This document shows, piece by piece, positions 48,992-64,000 of a stretch of 64,000 nucleotides of DNA. The stretch's first letter is position 1. The number at the start of each line of letters is the position of its first letter. Both the position numbers and the translations under genes were made by a program. The DNA is from Paraspadella gotoi (lineage: Eukaryota > Animalia > Chaetognatha). The DNA lies in contig CM119267.1 in assembly GCA_051294375.1 (NCBI GenBank), positions 6,964,325 to 7,028,324 of the forward strand. Reading direction: 5' to 3'. The notes beneath the pieces were generated by a model. It was given only the letters and a program-made list of their open reading frames with translations, did no database searches and was not told the DNA's origin.

Positions 48992-49935
48992 ATGGTTCTG
49001 CTGCAAGAGGGAGATCGACAGACGCCTTGGCTCTTGTCGTCTTTCGTTGGCTTTTGCGTGGGCGTGTCTCGGATCTCTGGAGAAAAACGGAGATCAATAT
49101 TCCAGCCTTGACGCCGTTATTGCTAAAGGTTTGTTTAAACTCTCTATTTCACGCTTAATATTTGTATTATTGTTTTACCGAATTAGATTTAAAAATTTTA
49201 TATAAAATTTTTAAAAAATTATTATTCCTTTTATCCCGATTTCTACCTTTTTTTATTTTTTTGTCTTAATCGTTGCTTTGTTATCCAATGTCATTGTTAA
49301 CTGTTTAGTATACTTGTTTATTGGATGTTCATTGTTAAATGTCTGAGTTTACTGTTTATTGATGTTCATTGTTAAATGTTAGTTAACTTTGTTATTGGAT
49401 GTTCATGATTAAATGTTGAGTTACTTGTTTATTGAATTGGTAGTCGGCATTGCGTTCATGTTAAATGTTTAGTTTACTTGTTTATTGAATGTCATTGTTA
49501 AATATTTAGTTTACCGACTCTTCATCATTTACATCATTTACAATTAATCTTTTTACACTTCCATCTTCAATCTTCGCACCTTCCGCGCCCACCTCAACCC
49601 CACTCCCCCACACCTCTCTACCCTCAAAACCACCGCCAGTTCGAAGAGAACGTTGCGGCAAGATGCCCACCTCGGTTGCGGCGAGCCAGCATGGCCGAGT
49701 GATTCGGTTCATGAAACGGCCCGCACGAGTCATCGCCTCTTCGGAACGCCGTGTCCAGAGTGCGAGGAGGAGGGCAGGTGGGCGAGGGGAGTTTGAAGGC
49801 GGCGTGGAAGAGCGGCCAAGGCGGAGTCGGACGGACGCCCAAGGACGACAGATCACCACCATGAATCGGGCCGAGCGAATCGTCGTAGAGCGGGGGCGTT
49901 GGCGGGAAAAGGAAGGCCTGGTGCGGCGGTGGTGA
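48992..49935 (+). pseudogene. Frameshifted copy of the small secreted-protein gene (probably read errors)
   Basis: Near-identical to 12596-13526 with indels. Confidence 0.55.
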
Positions 49936-50591
49936 TTGGTGTTGTTTTTTCGTCGTCGTCGTGATCTCAGTTCGGGATTCGAATTAGCATTAGGTTTCCT
50001 CCAAATTGGTTTCGCCATTTAAAAACTACAAAGATTAAATTCGTTTTGTCGAATCTGTTTGCCAGTTTGGTTACGAATACGATAATTTTAGACACTTTTT
50101 TTGGTATTTAGTAATTTTATTTCGTATATATGACTCGATAATAAGATACAATCGGTTTAAATATTTATTTTATCTCCCTTATAACTCATCCGAATAATGG
50201 CTTAGTCGTCACAAAAGATTTATCAGGGTTGCTCTCTTGTTTTCACTAAAACAAAAGAGAAGATCATTTTTATCCTCAGAAAATGGTTCTGGCCGGTGGA
50301 CGCTTGTCTTTACTGTAAAGAGAAGAAGCGTCTCGTCGTGTCGTCGTCTCGTCGTCGTCGTGTTGTGGCCACATTTACTTTCGATGTATAAACTTAATCT
50401 CACCATAAAATTTTTTCTCGAGTTATCCCATTAAGCAAGTCCGTCCATCGTCCTCTTTTGGCGTCGGCGTCCGTGACGCAACTATGCCGGACTATTGAGC
50501 GCAGCGGACAGCAGCGCATCTTTACAGAGCCGCAATCCTTTCCATTGGGGTCTTAGGTTGTCATCGAAATTATCTGCTGTTTCGATTTCCT

Positions 50592-52733
<2,142 letters not shown>

Positions 52734-52806
52734 GGGTTTTTTTCCTTTTTTTCTTTTTCGTTTTAGTTCCTTTTGTATGGAAAGTTTTACAGAGGCTTAA
52801 CGTCTT

Positions 52807-52837
<31 letters not shown>

Positions 52838-54287
52838 TTCTTTCTCTCTCCCTCGCTACAGATTATCTGAAATATTTTATAACCATTCACCCTGTATCAG
52901 TTTTCCTTTCTTAAGTTAATCTGTGGGAAATTTTATCCTTCCCTTTTTAAAGGTTTTAGGTTGGTTTTAGACTAAACAACCAAAACAACGACGACGACAA
53001 CAACAACAATAACAACAACAACAAAAACAACAACGACGACGACGTCTCGTTTCGCGTCTCTTTGTTTCTTTACGATCGACGCCCCTTTTTTTTATTCCAG
53101 GGGTGTTGGGGGTTTGCAGTGGTTGGAGTCAGGAGTTGGGGGTGAAGAACTAGGAACGTGTCAGGGTCGTTGAAAAAACCGAGGAACGTCCCGAAAACGA
53201 CGCCGTGAATTACGGCGCCTTCGCCGCCGCCCGAGCGGCCGTCCATCGCCGCTTCCATATATTTTTTTTTTTGTGCGCGACGCGACAAGACCCTGGCGTT
53301 TCGCGGTTGGCGGTTGACGGTTGGCGGGCAGACAACGGCGTCGGGCAGATGGAAAGTGGCGGACGTCATTCCAATTAATGCCGAAGGCGAATTCCGCTCG
53401 AGATTTTTACACATTTTCAATTTTTATTTTTTTAATTTTCCGTTTTCTATTAATTTATTTTCTATTTTCATTGTCAATTTTGTTTTTTTTTATTTTATAT
53501 TTCTTTTTCCACTTTCGGTCCCGTTTTTCCTTTCTCTTTTTTCCGGCTCTTAAAGGTCCTGTTTTCGATTCAACGACCAGACTACAACGACAACGAGTTC
53601 CGCCTTCCAAACAAATCAACACCATCACCGTCGCCATTGACAACAACAACGGTGACGAATGACGGTTACCATGGAGACGACGGCCAACGATGTGGCCCTC
53701 TGGTTATCGGGAGAAAAACGAGGGAAGCGACTTTAGTTTAGGTAACGAGAAAAAACGAAGACAAAGAATAAAGGGGGGGGGGAAGGAGAGAAGGAGAAAA
53801 AAAAGGACTGAGGACTAAGGGGGGGGGGCGAGTGGAGATGCAGACTCACCATCAGTTTAATCGCTTTTTTTTTAGAAACTACAATATTAAATGAGAGACA
53901 ATACTGCAAGCAAAGCTGGGTTAAATCATTCTTAAAAATTGACGTTTATTTCTACAGGGCTATAGGTAGTCAGCCAAAAACATTGACGGAAAAATCCTAA
54001 ACTCTGCTATCTGAACGTCCTTATCAAGTCTGACTACTATTTCAATTTTCATATTTCTACCTAAACGCATGTTTAGATGCAAACCCAAATTTTAGTCGTA
54101 TAACCACTTGCAGCCCTGGATTGCTTAACGTAAAATTTATATCGATGTGAGAAAGCAAGAAGGCAAAAAAGGACGAAGGCAAAACAAATCAAATGTTAAA
54201 AACTTTTTTTTGGCAAAGAAAACCAGATTAGTGGAAAGCGTATTTTTTGAGAAAAGCCCTAAGCCAGAGGCAAAGAGAAGTCAGAAG

Positions 54288-54365
<78 letters not shown>

Positions 54366-55157
54366 CAGATCACAAAGCGCCACGGTTTTTTTGTTCTTCT
54401 TTCCAACCGGTGATATTCCTATTTTCCTTCCTCAAGCGCTTTCTCTTTTTTCCTCGTCCATTAACCGAAAAACAATTCCTCGAATCATTTGTTTCCATTC
54501 GAGGATCATTCGTTTGAATCTCCGTCCGTCGGAGGCGCTAGCGTCGACCGCGGGAAACAATGGCCGCCGCGAGTCGTCGCCCGCGCCGAAGAAGCGCCAG
54601 GTCGTTGGCCGAGAGGAATTAAGGAGACGCAAGCTGAGACGGATATCAATGAGGGAAGGAGGAAAGATGAATGTTGGGCAGTCGAATGGGAATGAAGACA
54701 ACAAAATAACCAATAAATATATACATAATATTACTATTACTATTACTATTAATATTACATATATAATACGTAAAAAAGACTTTGTGTTCTCTACTTTTTG
54801 ATACTGTTAATAGGCTAACTGAGCTATCAAGTCTTTCCAGCGAAAAAAAAATGAATAAATGCCAGGGCGTTAGGCAACCATGTCATAAGCGCATCTAACA
54901 ATCGCAAGCAATGAATAAAAAAAAAAACCTCAACGCGCTCGCCTGGCCACAAAACTAGACCCACAGCCCAACCACCAAAACAAGGCGGACATCGAAAAGG
55001 AAACAAACCGAAGAAAAAAACAGCCCCCACGTAGTCTGATGGTTCTTTGCCAAAACAAAAAAAAAAAAAAACGACTTCTTGGAATTGACGCCGAAGGCAG
55101 GAAAAAGTCCAAGGGTTAACTGCCAACAACATTATTTACGTGGCGGGTAAATCGAAA

Positions 55158-55176
55158 CGGTGGTGGCGGTGGCGGC

Positions 55177-55208
<32 letters not shown>

Positions 55209-55251
55209 TGGTGGTGGCGGTGGCGGTGGCTGTGGTGGCGGTGGCGGCGGT
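55158..55251. repeat. (GGTGGC)n microsatellite adjoining an N gap
   Basis: Read directly from the sequence. Confidence 0.85.
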
Positions 55252-56949
55252 TATCGATCNNNNNNNNNNNNNNNNNNNNNNNNNNNNNNNNNNNNNNNNN
55301 NNNNNNNNNNNNNNNNNNNNNNNNNNNNNNNNNNNNNNNNNNNNNNNGAATGAACGATGACCACAATTTCGACGACGACAGCAACGACGACGAGGACGAC
55401 GACGACAACGGTCAAAACACGCGAGTGATCGATTGTAAACAAACGAGACGCCAACGCCCTCTCGCGGGTTCGATCCGCGAGGCGACCCTTTCTGTTCGAC
55501 CGTTTGGCGTTGACGCCCACGACGACGCAGCGTCCGTCACTTCCGGTTCAATCGATCCACATCCGGGATTCTGGGTTAATCGTTTCGTGTTTAGTCGGCA
55601 ATTACATACGGGTTTTTATGTCGATTTTTTTTGTTTTACTCTCTCCAGGTTTTGCGTCCATCAGGCTAAAAGTTAGTAATAGCGAGTGAACACAGAACAC
55701 AGGGACTTGCGAAAAAGTATTAAAAGTATTTAAAGTATTAAAACTCTTTCGGATTTTAGTAGTGTCGTTCTCGAGCTCTTGGAATTACCTTCTAGTATGT
55801 ATATGACTGTCACGGCGTGCATCGCATTGTAATTACAATTACTAGTTTTACTTCAAAATTAGCTACAAAACTAAACATATTGCACTACAAAAGATTTCAC
55901 TAAACTTGTCTTCATAAATATGAAAAAGATGACATGAATTCCCGAGGTCGTTTCAAGGTCACCGCAAAACACGTCTCTCGCTTCCCGATGACGTTCGGGT
56001 TTCTGCATTCAAAACTCAACCGATTGTATTACGTTCGCTGNNNNNNNNNNNNNNNNNNNNNNNNNNNNNNNNNNNNNNNNNNNNNNNNNNNNNNNNNNNN
56101 NNNNNNNNNNNNNNNNNNNNNNNNNNNNNNNNNNNNNNNNNNNNNNNNNNNNNNNNNNNNNNNNNNNNNNNNNNNNNNNNNNNNNNNNNNNNNNNNNNNN
56201 NNNNNNNNNNNNNNNNNNNNNNNNNNNNNNNNNNNNNNNNNNNNNNNNNNNNNNNNNNNNNNNNNNNNNNNNNNNNNNNNNNNNNNNNNNNNNNNNNNNN
56301 NNNNNNNNNNNNNNNNNNNNNNNNNNNNNNNNNNNNNNNNNNNNNNNNNNNNNNNNNNNNNNNNNNNNNNNNNNNNNNNNNNNNNNNNNNNNNNNNNNNN
56401 NNNNNNNNNNNNNNNNNNNNNNNNNNNNNNNNNNNNNNNNNNNNNNNNNNNNNNNNNNNNNNNNNNNNNNNNNNNNNNNNNNNNNNNNNNNNNNNNNNNN
56501 NNNNNNNNNNNNNNNNNNNNNNNNNNNNNNNNNNNNNNNNNNNNNNNNNNNNNNNNNNNNNNNNNNNNNNNNNNNNNNNNNNNNNNNNNNNNNNNNNNNN
56601 NNNNNNNNNNNNNNNNNNNNNNNNNNNNNNNNNNNNNNNNNNNNNNNNNNNNNNNNNNNNNNNNNNNNNNNNNNNNNNNNNNNNNNNNNNNNNNNNNNNN
56701 NNNNNNNNNNNNNNNNNNNNNNNNNNNNNNNNNNNNNNNNNNNNNNNNNNNNNNNNNNNNNNNNNNNNNNNNNNNNNNNNNNNNNNNNNNNNNNNNNNNN
56801 NNNNNNNNNNNNNNNNNNNNNNNNNNNNNNNNNNNNNNNNNNNNNNNNNNNNNNNNNNNNNNNNNNNNNNNNNNNNNNNNNNNNNNAGTCCCCTTTTCTT
56901 TTATTTTCTTATTTGTCTTTCACATCTTTTCGTTTTTATATTACTTAAG

Positions 56950-56987
<38 letters not shown>

Positions 56988-58289
56988 NNNNNNNNNNNNN
57001 NNNNNNNNNNNNNNNNNNNNNNNNNNNNNNNNNNNNNNNNNNNNNNNNNNNNNNNNNNNNNNNNNNNNNNNNNNNNNNNNNNNNNNNNNNNNNNNNNNNN
57101 NNNNNNNNNNNNNNNNNNNNNNNNNNNNNNNNNNNNNNNNNNNNNNNNNNNNNNNNNNNNNNNNNNNNNNNNNNNNNNNNNNNNNNNNNNNNNNNNNNNN
57201 NNNNNNNNNNNNNNTCTCTCTCTCTCTCTCTCTCCCTTTTCTCTTTCTCCCTCTGAATATGAATGTCCTTTGCCATTAGAGTGACGAGAGAAGGCAAAGC
57301 GAACGACGACTTCCGTTTAAACAACAACAACAACGACGAAACCGCTGTCGTCGTCATCGTCGTCATCGTCGTCTCTTTCGCGTCGTGGATTAAATCTGGT
57401 GATGTTTTTGTTGTTGTTGGCCGCAGCTTCGTTTTGTCGTTTAGTCGAAGCGACTTTTTGCAGAATGTGAGGTGAAGCGCAACGTTGCAGGCGTCACGGG
57501 GGCATCAGGTGTGGCATTATTTGTTTCTATTTATTTTATCACTTTGATTGTTACGATTAAAATTAAAATTAATACGTTACTTAAACGAGTATCATAATAG
57601 ATGTCGGTTTTTTTAAATTTCGTTCTCGCCTTGACTTTGTCTTTGTATTAAACTTAAAGGTAATGTTTATTTTTTTCTTTAACTTTAAAAAAAATCATTT
57701 CGTATACTCCTTCGCTCTTTTATTTTCCCGCGGTTGGACAAAAAAACAAAAAAACAAGACAGACAACGACAACAACGACAACGACGTGAGAAAAACCAAT
57801 CAGCCATTCACCGCATTCGTCTGGCTGGTGTGACACCTCCAGTTCACGTACGATGACGACGACGACGAAAACGACGACAATGATGATGACGATCACACAA
57901 TAGGACAACGACGAAAACGACGACGCCAATAGCGACCGAAAAAACTGCGATGGAGAGGAAACATGAAATTCACATTCACTTGCGATAATCACAACTTATT
58001 TAACATGCATACATGTGTCCCACTGTCGGTCAACATTTACTTATATATTTGTTTAACTCTTGGTCTCTTGTTATCGTTCGACTCGAAACGCATCTCGTCT
58101 CCAGTCACGTGACCTAGAGAATCGAGAAACTTGATCGACTGACGCGCGCCCCTGAGTGGGCGTGTCTCTCTCTCTCTCTATTCGGCCGCGCGAGATTGTC
58201 CGTTCGCGACTCCGTAATCCATCGCACGCCGTCAAATCGGTTGTCACGCCCCGCGTCAAAATGAGTCACGCTCGTTGTCAGCCCGCCTC

Positions 58290-58705
58290 TCCCGGCGCCG
58301 TCGACGCCGTCGACACCGCGAGACTTTTTCGACGCCGCCCAACTTTTCCGGCGCTATCGACGCCGCCAGAGTTTTTCGGCGCCGTCGACGCCGCCCGACT
58401 TTTCCAGCGCCGTCGATGCCGCCCAACTTTTCCGTCGCCGTCGGCGCCGCCCATCTTTTCCGGCGCCGTCGATGCTGCCCGACTTTTCCGGCGCCGTCGA
58501 CGCCGCCCGACTTTTCCGGCGCCATCGACGCCGCCCGACTTTTCTGGCACCGTCGACGCCGCCGGACTTTTCCGGCGCCGTCGAGGACGTCAGACTTTTC
58601 CGGCGCCGTCGACGCCGCCCAACTTTTCCGGCGCCATCGACGCCGCCGGACTTTTCCGGCGCCGTCGACGCCGCCCGTCTTTTCCGGCGGTGCCGCCAAC
58701 GCTTT
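58290..58705. repeat. GC-rich 28-bp minisatellite (cttttccggcgccgtcgacgccgcccga), about 14 units
   Basis: Head-to-tail units with period 28 (e.g. 58511 to 58539) and no unique spacers. Confidence 0.9.
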
Positions 58706-58809
58706 TCCTCCTCAATCTCGCTAGACCCCGCCCTGGTGCCAGCGCCTATTAAAACCTAATTACATCGATGGTTTTCGTTTTCCCTTTTCGCGGCGGCGCG
58801 CCGCTGGGA

Positions 58810-59172
58810 CCACCTGCTATTTGGGCACCGTTTGTCATTTGGCACCGCCTTGTCATTTTGCCAGTTTCTGCCATTTGGCACCGCCTGTCATTTGGACTTG
58901 CCTGTCATTTGGCCACCTCCTACTATTTGGCACCGCCTGTCATTTGGGCATTGTTTCCTATTTGGGTATTGTCTGCGGTGCCTGCCACTTGGCCCCACTT
59001 GTCATTTTGGCACCACCTGCCATTTTGGTTCTGCTTGCTATTCGGCATCGCCCGCCATTTAACAAAAGAATGCTATTTTTGGCACCGCGGGCCATTTGGG
59101 CATCCCCTGTCATTTGGCCATTTGGGCATCCCCTGTCATTTGGCCATTTGGGCATCCCCTGTCATTTGGCGT
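58810..59172. repeat. Degenerate ~17-bp minisatellite (atttggcaccgcctgtc), followed by an AACCCT-like tract to ~59300
   Basis: Read directly from the sequence. Confidence 0.8.
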
Positions 59173-60656
59173 TGCCGAGTTCAACTACAATTTAACACCA
59201 AAACCAAAACATTAACCTCTAAACTCTCACCCGAATTCATAACCGTAAACCCAAGTCACTAACCCTAATCTCTGACCCAATTCCTAACTCTAACCTTTAA
59301 TATAGATAGCTACCAAAATAGGGCTGAATATTGATTTAATAATAAGTGATACTTTTTATGAATAAAGTGAGAGTCAGCTNNNNNNNNNNNNNNNNNNNNN
59401 NNNNNNNNNNNNNNNNNNNNNNNNNNNNNNNNNNNNNNNNNNNNNNNNNNNNNNNNNNNNNNNNNNNNNNNNNNNNNNNNNNNNNNNNNNNNNNNNNNNN
59501 NNNNNNNNNNNNNNNNNNNNNNNNNNNNNNNNNNNNNNNNNNNNNNNNNNNNNNNNNNNNNNNNNNNNNNNNNNNNNNNNNNNNNNNNNNNNNNNNNNNN
59601 NNNNNNNNNNNNNNNNNNNNNNNNNNNNNNNNNNNNNNNNNNNNNNNNNNNNNNNNNNNNNNNNNNNNNNNNNNNNNNNNNNNNNNNNNNNNNNNNNNNN
59701 NNNNNNNNNNNNNNNNNNNNNNNNNNNNNNNNNNNNNNNNNNNNNNNNNNNNNNNNNNNNNNNNNNNNNNNNNNNNNNNNNNNNNNNNCAAAAATTTGGA
59801 TATTATTCAATACTTTGTTAACATATTATTTTAACAAAATAGGCGGTAGGTTAATTATACATCGTTCTATTCTCTTATCACTATCAAACAGCGTTCGTAG
59901 CCATCGGTACTTACCTTGCGTCATTGCTGGTGACACAGTGAAGTAATAACCCCCTGTTTTTATACCCGAGACATTAATCTTGACCTTTGCTGAAAAAGTG
60001 GTTAATAAAGTTAGGGATAGTCATCTTCATTCCTCATCCAATTTTAAGTACATTTAACCTTTCCTATCAATTATACGTAATCAATTCAAAACTGAAGGAC
60101 AGACCGACCAAAAAGATTATTTAAAAATTAAAAAAAAAAAGAATCGATCCTCAGCCGCGCGAAAAGCCGGAGCGAGAGAGGTCGTGGGGAAGAAGCCTCG
60201 CGACCCGGAACGATCCCGCGTCGGGAAGAAAACCTNNNNNNNNNNNNNNNNNNNNNNNNNNNNNNNNNNNNNNNNNNNNNNNNNNNNNNNNNNNNNNNNN
60301 NNNNNNNNNNNNNNNNNNNNNNNNNNNNNNNNNNNNNNNNNNNNNNNNNNNNNNNNNNNNNNNNNNNNNNNNNNNNNNGTCTAAGTTCGGATAAAACTGA
60401 GAAGAGAGAAAGTCTTGAGACTACGAATTTCAATTGTTTTTTTGGAATTTCGTAAAAAAAATGGAGGGAAAGGGCGAGTGAGAGTTGGAATTACATCCGG
60501 GTTTTATGGTGAAGCGACGGGTGATTTGGATTTGATACGAGGCGATCTTAACTCGTATATCTTGTCGAGGATTTAAGGATTAGCTCCTTAGGAAGTAGAC
60601 GAGTGTAGTTCACGTGGGCCACTGATTCAGAGGGATCTTAACTTAAGTCTTACTAT

Positions 60657-60699
<43 letters not shown>

Positions 60700-62255
60700 T
60701 TCATATATCCGGGGCACCATTATAAAGAACCCCCCAAATTGGACTGGTTAATTGTTAGTCTCAGGACTATTATGGTAACAAGGCCGCGGCAGTTTAAGGT
60801 ATATGATTGGATTTTTAAACGTGTAAAGCCCCTCAGATAATATATGTTTGATCATTGCATTTTAACCACGCAATTAGAGGTACCCATGTTAATTTAAATT
60901 TTTTTGGAGCAATAAGCTTCTATAAATAAAAAAAACAAGCCAAAAAAATGGCTTCACAACTAAGTAATTTTATTTTACACCTTTTTAAAAACTTAAACAT
61001 AAATCTTTTTTTATTAGAAGAATACACTATTTACACGCACACAACAAAAAATACACAAATGCTTTGTGCTGCGCCCCTAATTTTTTAACTTTAAATCTTT
61101 TCCCTTTCAACTAAACAACAGATTCAAAAAAAATTTACGAAATAAAACACAGCTTCCTTCAAATGGCCGCTAAGTTAGCGTGGAGTTTAACCAACGAGAT
61201 TATCGTTTAACCGAAATGTTTCAAACGAGCACGGAAGGGTCATTTCTTATCTTACAAAAAAAATAATTAAAAATAAATGTAAAATGAGATAAACTCCATA
61301 CAACGTGAGTCAACAAAGAAGGGGGAATAACTCACAATACATTTACCTTAATTAAATAATTTTAATAAATCTTTTTAAGATTTTGAATTTCTTTTTCCAA
61401 TGCTTCATTTTCCTGGGCATTAGCTGAATGCTGATTTAGGTTACCACACTTGCAGGATTTGTTGGATTTCACCCAACTGGAATTTCAAATTGTCTTACCA
61501 TTTCAAATTGAACACTGAAAAGAAAAAGACTAATTAGCCAAACCAGAACTATCAACTCAATAGACACAAAGCAGCGAGTACCTGTACAATGTATCGCCGT
61601 AATCATCCTACAAATCGCCAACTTCTCCTTATGAACTCTTTTTAAATTTTAACCTGGCGGCTTCGTTTGATGCAAGGGGTCGTCCACATGGGGGCCAAGG
61701 GACGCGGAAAGCGCCTCCCATAGCGCCACCGACTAAAAGGCCGTGGAGGGCCCGAGGAAACTGGCGCCCGCGAGTCCGAGGGCGGAGGTTGCTAGAAAGA
61801 GGCGTCACCGAGAAAAAGAGAGGCTGTCCCCGCATCCGTCCGGTGACTTTCGCAGGTTGTGCGAAGACGACGCGACTGTGCATAAGGGGAAGAAAGGAAC
61901 AGCCGTGAAGCCCCTCGAGGCTCCAGGGCCGAGATGGGACGGAGCGAGCCCAAAGGGGGCCGAGGTGGCGCGCAGGGTCGAGACTAGGCACTCTCCCGTA
62001 CGTGAAATGGCACTGGTAGTGGCCGGAGCAGCAAGCCTCGGTTTACACCTTTTACGCCGCCGAAACCTTGATTCTTGAGATGTTGCGGTGATATATGAAT
62101 GCTGGTGGTTGGACTTCAGTTTGTTGTACTTGTCCCTGGGTTCCAGTGACGCCGTCATGACTATGGGTTGGGTGATGCAAATATGTTTGCTGCTCCGGAC
62201 GCGCTCTGTGCCATCTCTTCTCTCTCTCTCTCTCGTCTCTCTCTCTTCTCTCTCT

Positions 62256-62304
<49 letters not shown>

Positions 62305-63006
62305 GATCAATGTAGAAAGAACCATTCACACGAAAGCAGTCGGTACCCTGATTCTAGAACCGAATGGAAATGGCATCAACGCTTTTGGCCGTCAACTTGG
62401 CTCAAGGAGNNNNNNNNNNNNNNNNNNNNNNNNNGAGGGCGCGCCCGTGGTGCGGCCTTTCGAAGATGGTGGTCAGAACGGTCGAGACGATCCGAGGAAG
62501 TCGTGAAGATGTGTCGGTGGAGGATCCGAAAACGATCCGACAGGGCTCGTCCTAGCGGAAGGCGTGGAACGTCATTGGACGCCACCAATAACTTTTTTTC
62601 GAGCGGCGTCGTCGTAGTTAACGACGACCGGCGTCATAAACGCCCGAGTGGAAAAACGGCGTCGTCACCGGCGAAAAAAAAGAAAGGACGATTATTGTTA
62701 TTGCGGAAGATCGGCTGTCGTTGTTATTGCTGCTGTATTAATTGTTATTATTGTAATCGTAGTTATTACTGTTTTGGTCATCATTTTGGTTATCTTTGTA
62801 ATCGTTGTTAGTTTTATTATTGTTGTCGCTTTGTCATTGATGTCGGCCATTGTTGCTGGAAATATTGTTGTCGAGGATCGCGACAAAAGCTTCGTTTTAT
62901 TTCTCGTCGGATTTTTTTTTTTTCGTCTCATCCTTTTATCGTCGGCAGTTTCGCCTTTTTTTTTGGTTCTTCGCTTTTACGTTTGCCGCCACAAAAGTCG
63001 AACTTT

Positions 63007-63215
63007 CGGCACTATTTCCCAAAAGGGACCCATTTCTGTTCCTAATCCCTGAATTCAAATTTTATTTAATTACAACTCTAATCTCTTACCAAAATACCAA
63101 TCTCTTACCCTTATCATTAACCCTAACTCTAATCCATGACTTTAATCTCAAATCTAATCCTTATCCTTCACCCATAATTTAAGCTAAAATGGGCCGCTTT
63201 TGAAAAACAGGGCCG
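63007..63215. mobile_element. ~210-bp MITE-like element with ~29-bp TIRs and internal CCCTAA-like repeats
   Basis: Left end cggcactatttcccaaaagggacccattt versus reverse complement of the right end cggccctgtttttcaaaagcggcccattt. Confidence 0.7.
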
Positions 63216-64000
63216 AACGTTCGCCTCTGGTCGAAGGCTTCTTCTTCGTCTCTGGCCTCTTCATTGTTATCGCCGTCGCTGGGCGTCGCCTCACGTCCCG
63301 TTTTTGTCGTGGTCGCCGATGTCGGGGTCGTCTTCAACGTCGTCTTCAACGTCGTCGTGATCGTTGACGTCCGTTTTATGGTCGTCTTCGTCGTCGTTGA
63401 CGTAATCGTTAGTTTGTTTGTTTTGTTTGTTTTTTTTTGGAGGGGGGGGTGAGGCTGAAGAGTAAAACGACCTTTTCCTTCCTGGCGCAATAAGTAAGAA
63501 CTAGAAAGTGGACAGTGGACAGTGGACAGTGGACACTATGAAATGTAAGGAGTCGGCTTGATAATGTTACGAAAGTTTTTCTCGAACGGGGATAGGAATA
63601 AAAAAATTTGGATTGGATAATTCAAGCAAAGTTTTTTGTATATGATCAACTGCAGTATTAAAAATGCATCATACATAAAACCAAGAATCTTGAGGCATAG
63701 TTCGCCCTAGTATAACCGAGTTACTATGAGAGCTCGAGGTTCGAACGAACCACAATCCTCCATCGTCAAACTTCGCGGTCGGGCAAAGTCTTAAACGGAA
63801 ACGCTCGAAGACTGCGGGCGTGTGAAGAAACACTTTTTTTATCACAAAACAACTTCTATTCTCGAATTCCTCTGACTTTCCCGTAAATGAATAGAATCAC
63901 AATAGTTATCAGTGTGGAACCTACCAGCTGAATGAATCCTAAGCATATCTTTAATAAAAATCTCTAAAGAAAAAAAAAGTCTCCCCCGAAATCTCTTCTT

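Larger units (their letters stand above)
42435..50594 (+). repeat. Redundant noisy copy of ~6095-14204
   Basis: Collinear from aatacagcagtgctataaagtat to ttcgatttccttag, with dense 1-bp indels in exons and introns alike. Confidence 0.93.

Noticed and set aside
42435-50594. Real segmental duplication with pseudogenised SLC35G copies
   Set aside because: Differences are overwhelmingly 1-bp indels spread evenly over exons and introns, which is the long-read error signature rather than neutral decay.
58290-58705. CRISPR-like array of 28-bp partly palindromic repeats
   Set aside because: Units are head-to-tail with no unique spacers, there are no cas genes, and the context is eukaryotic. The overlapping ORFs are repeat translations.
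54100-60433. ORFs spanning N gaps or (GA)n/(GGTGGC)n tracts (e.g. 55934-57256, 59310-59834, 55140-55676)
   Set aside because: Their length comes from Ns or microsatellite translation, with no coding evidence.
61762-61775. LTR primer-binding site TGGCGCCCG (tRNA-Lys-like)
   Set aside because: Only 9 nt match, it is not preceded by an LTR-terminal CA, and there is no paired LTR or gag/pol ORF.

Overview
This window is eukaryotic, metazoan-like genomic DNA with AT-rich introns, GC-rich exons, GT-AG splicing and many (GA)n microsatellites. It appears to come from a gap-filled draft assembly. The clean part (1-14.2 kb) holds four spliced + strand genes: a FAM43-family PTB-domain gene, two tandem SLC35G1-like (EamA/DMT) transporter paralogs that share one intron position, and a small Cys-containing protein with a signal-peptide-like N-terminus. 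About 17.8-52.7 kb looks largely like assembly artefact. It contains a noisy raw-read segment with internal echoes, a 25-N spacer, a ~10.7 kb poly-T smear, and indel-ridden second and third copies of the 6-17.8 kb region. Comparing the redundant copies reveals what look like real allelic differences, notably a ~1.5 kb TIR/TSD-bounded insertion that is present in two copies and absent in the third. Other repeats include a tRNA(Val)-like, hairpin-rich 426-bp tandem unit, several MITE-like elements and minisatellites. I found no convincing novel multi-gene system; the best biological leads are modest and are scored accordingly.
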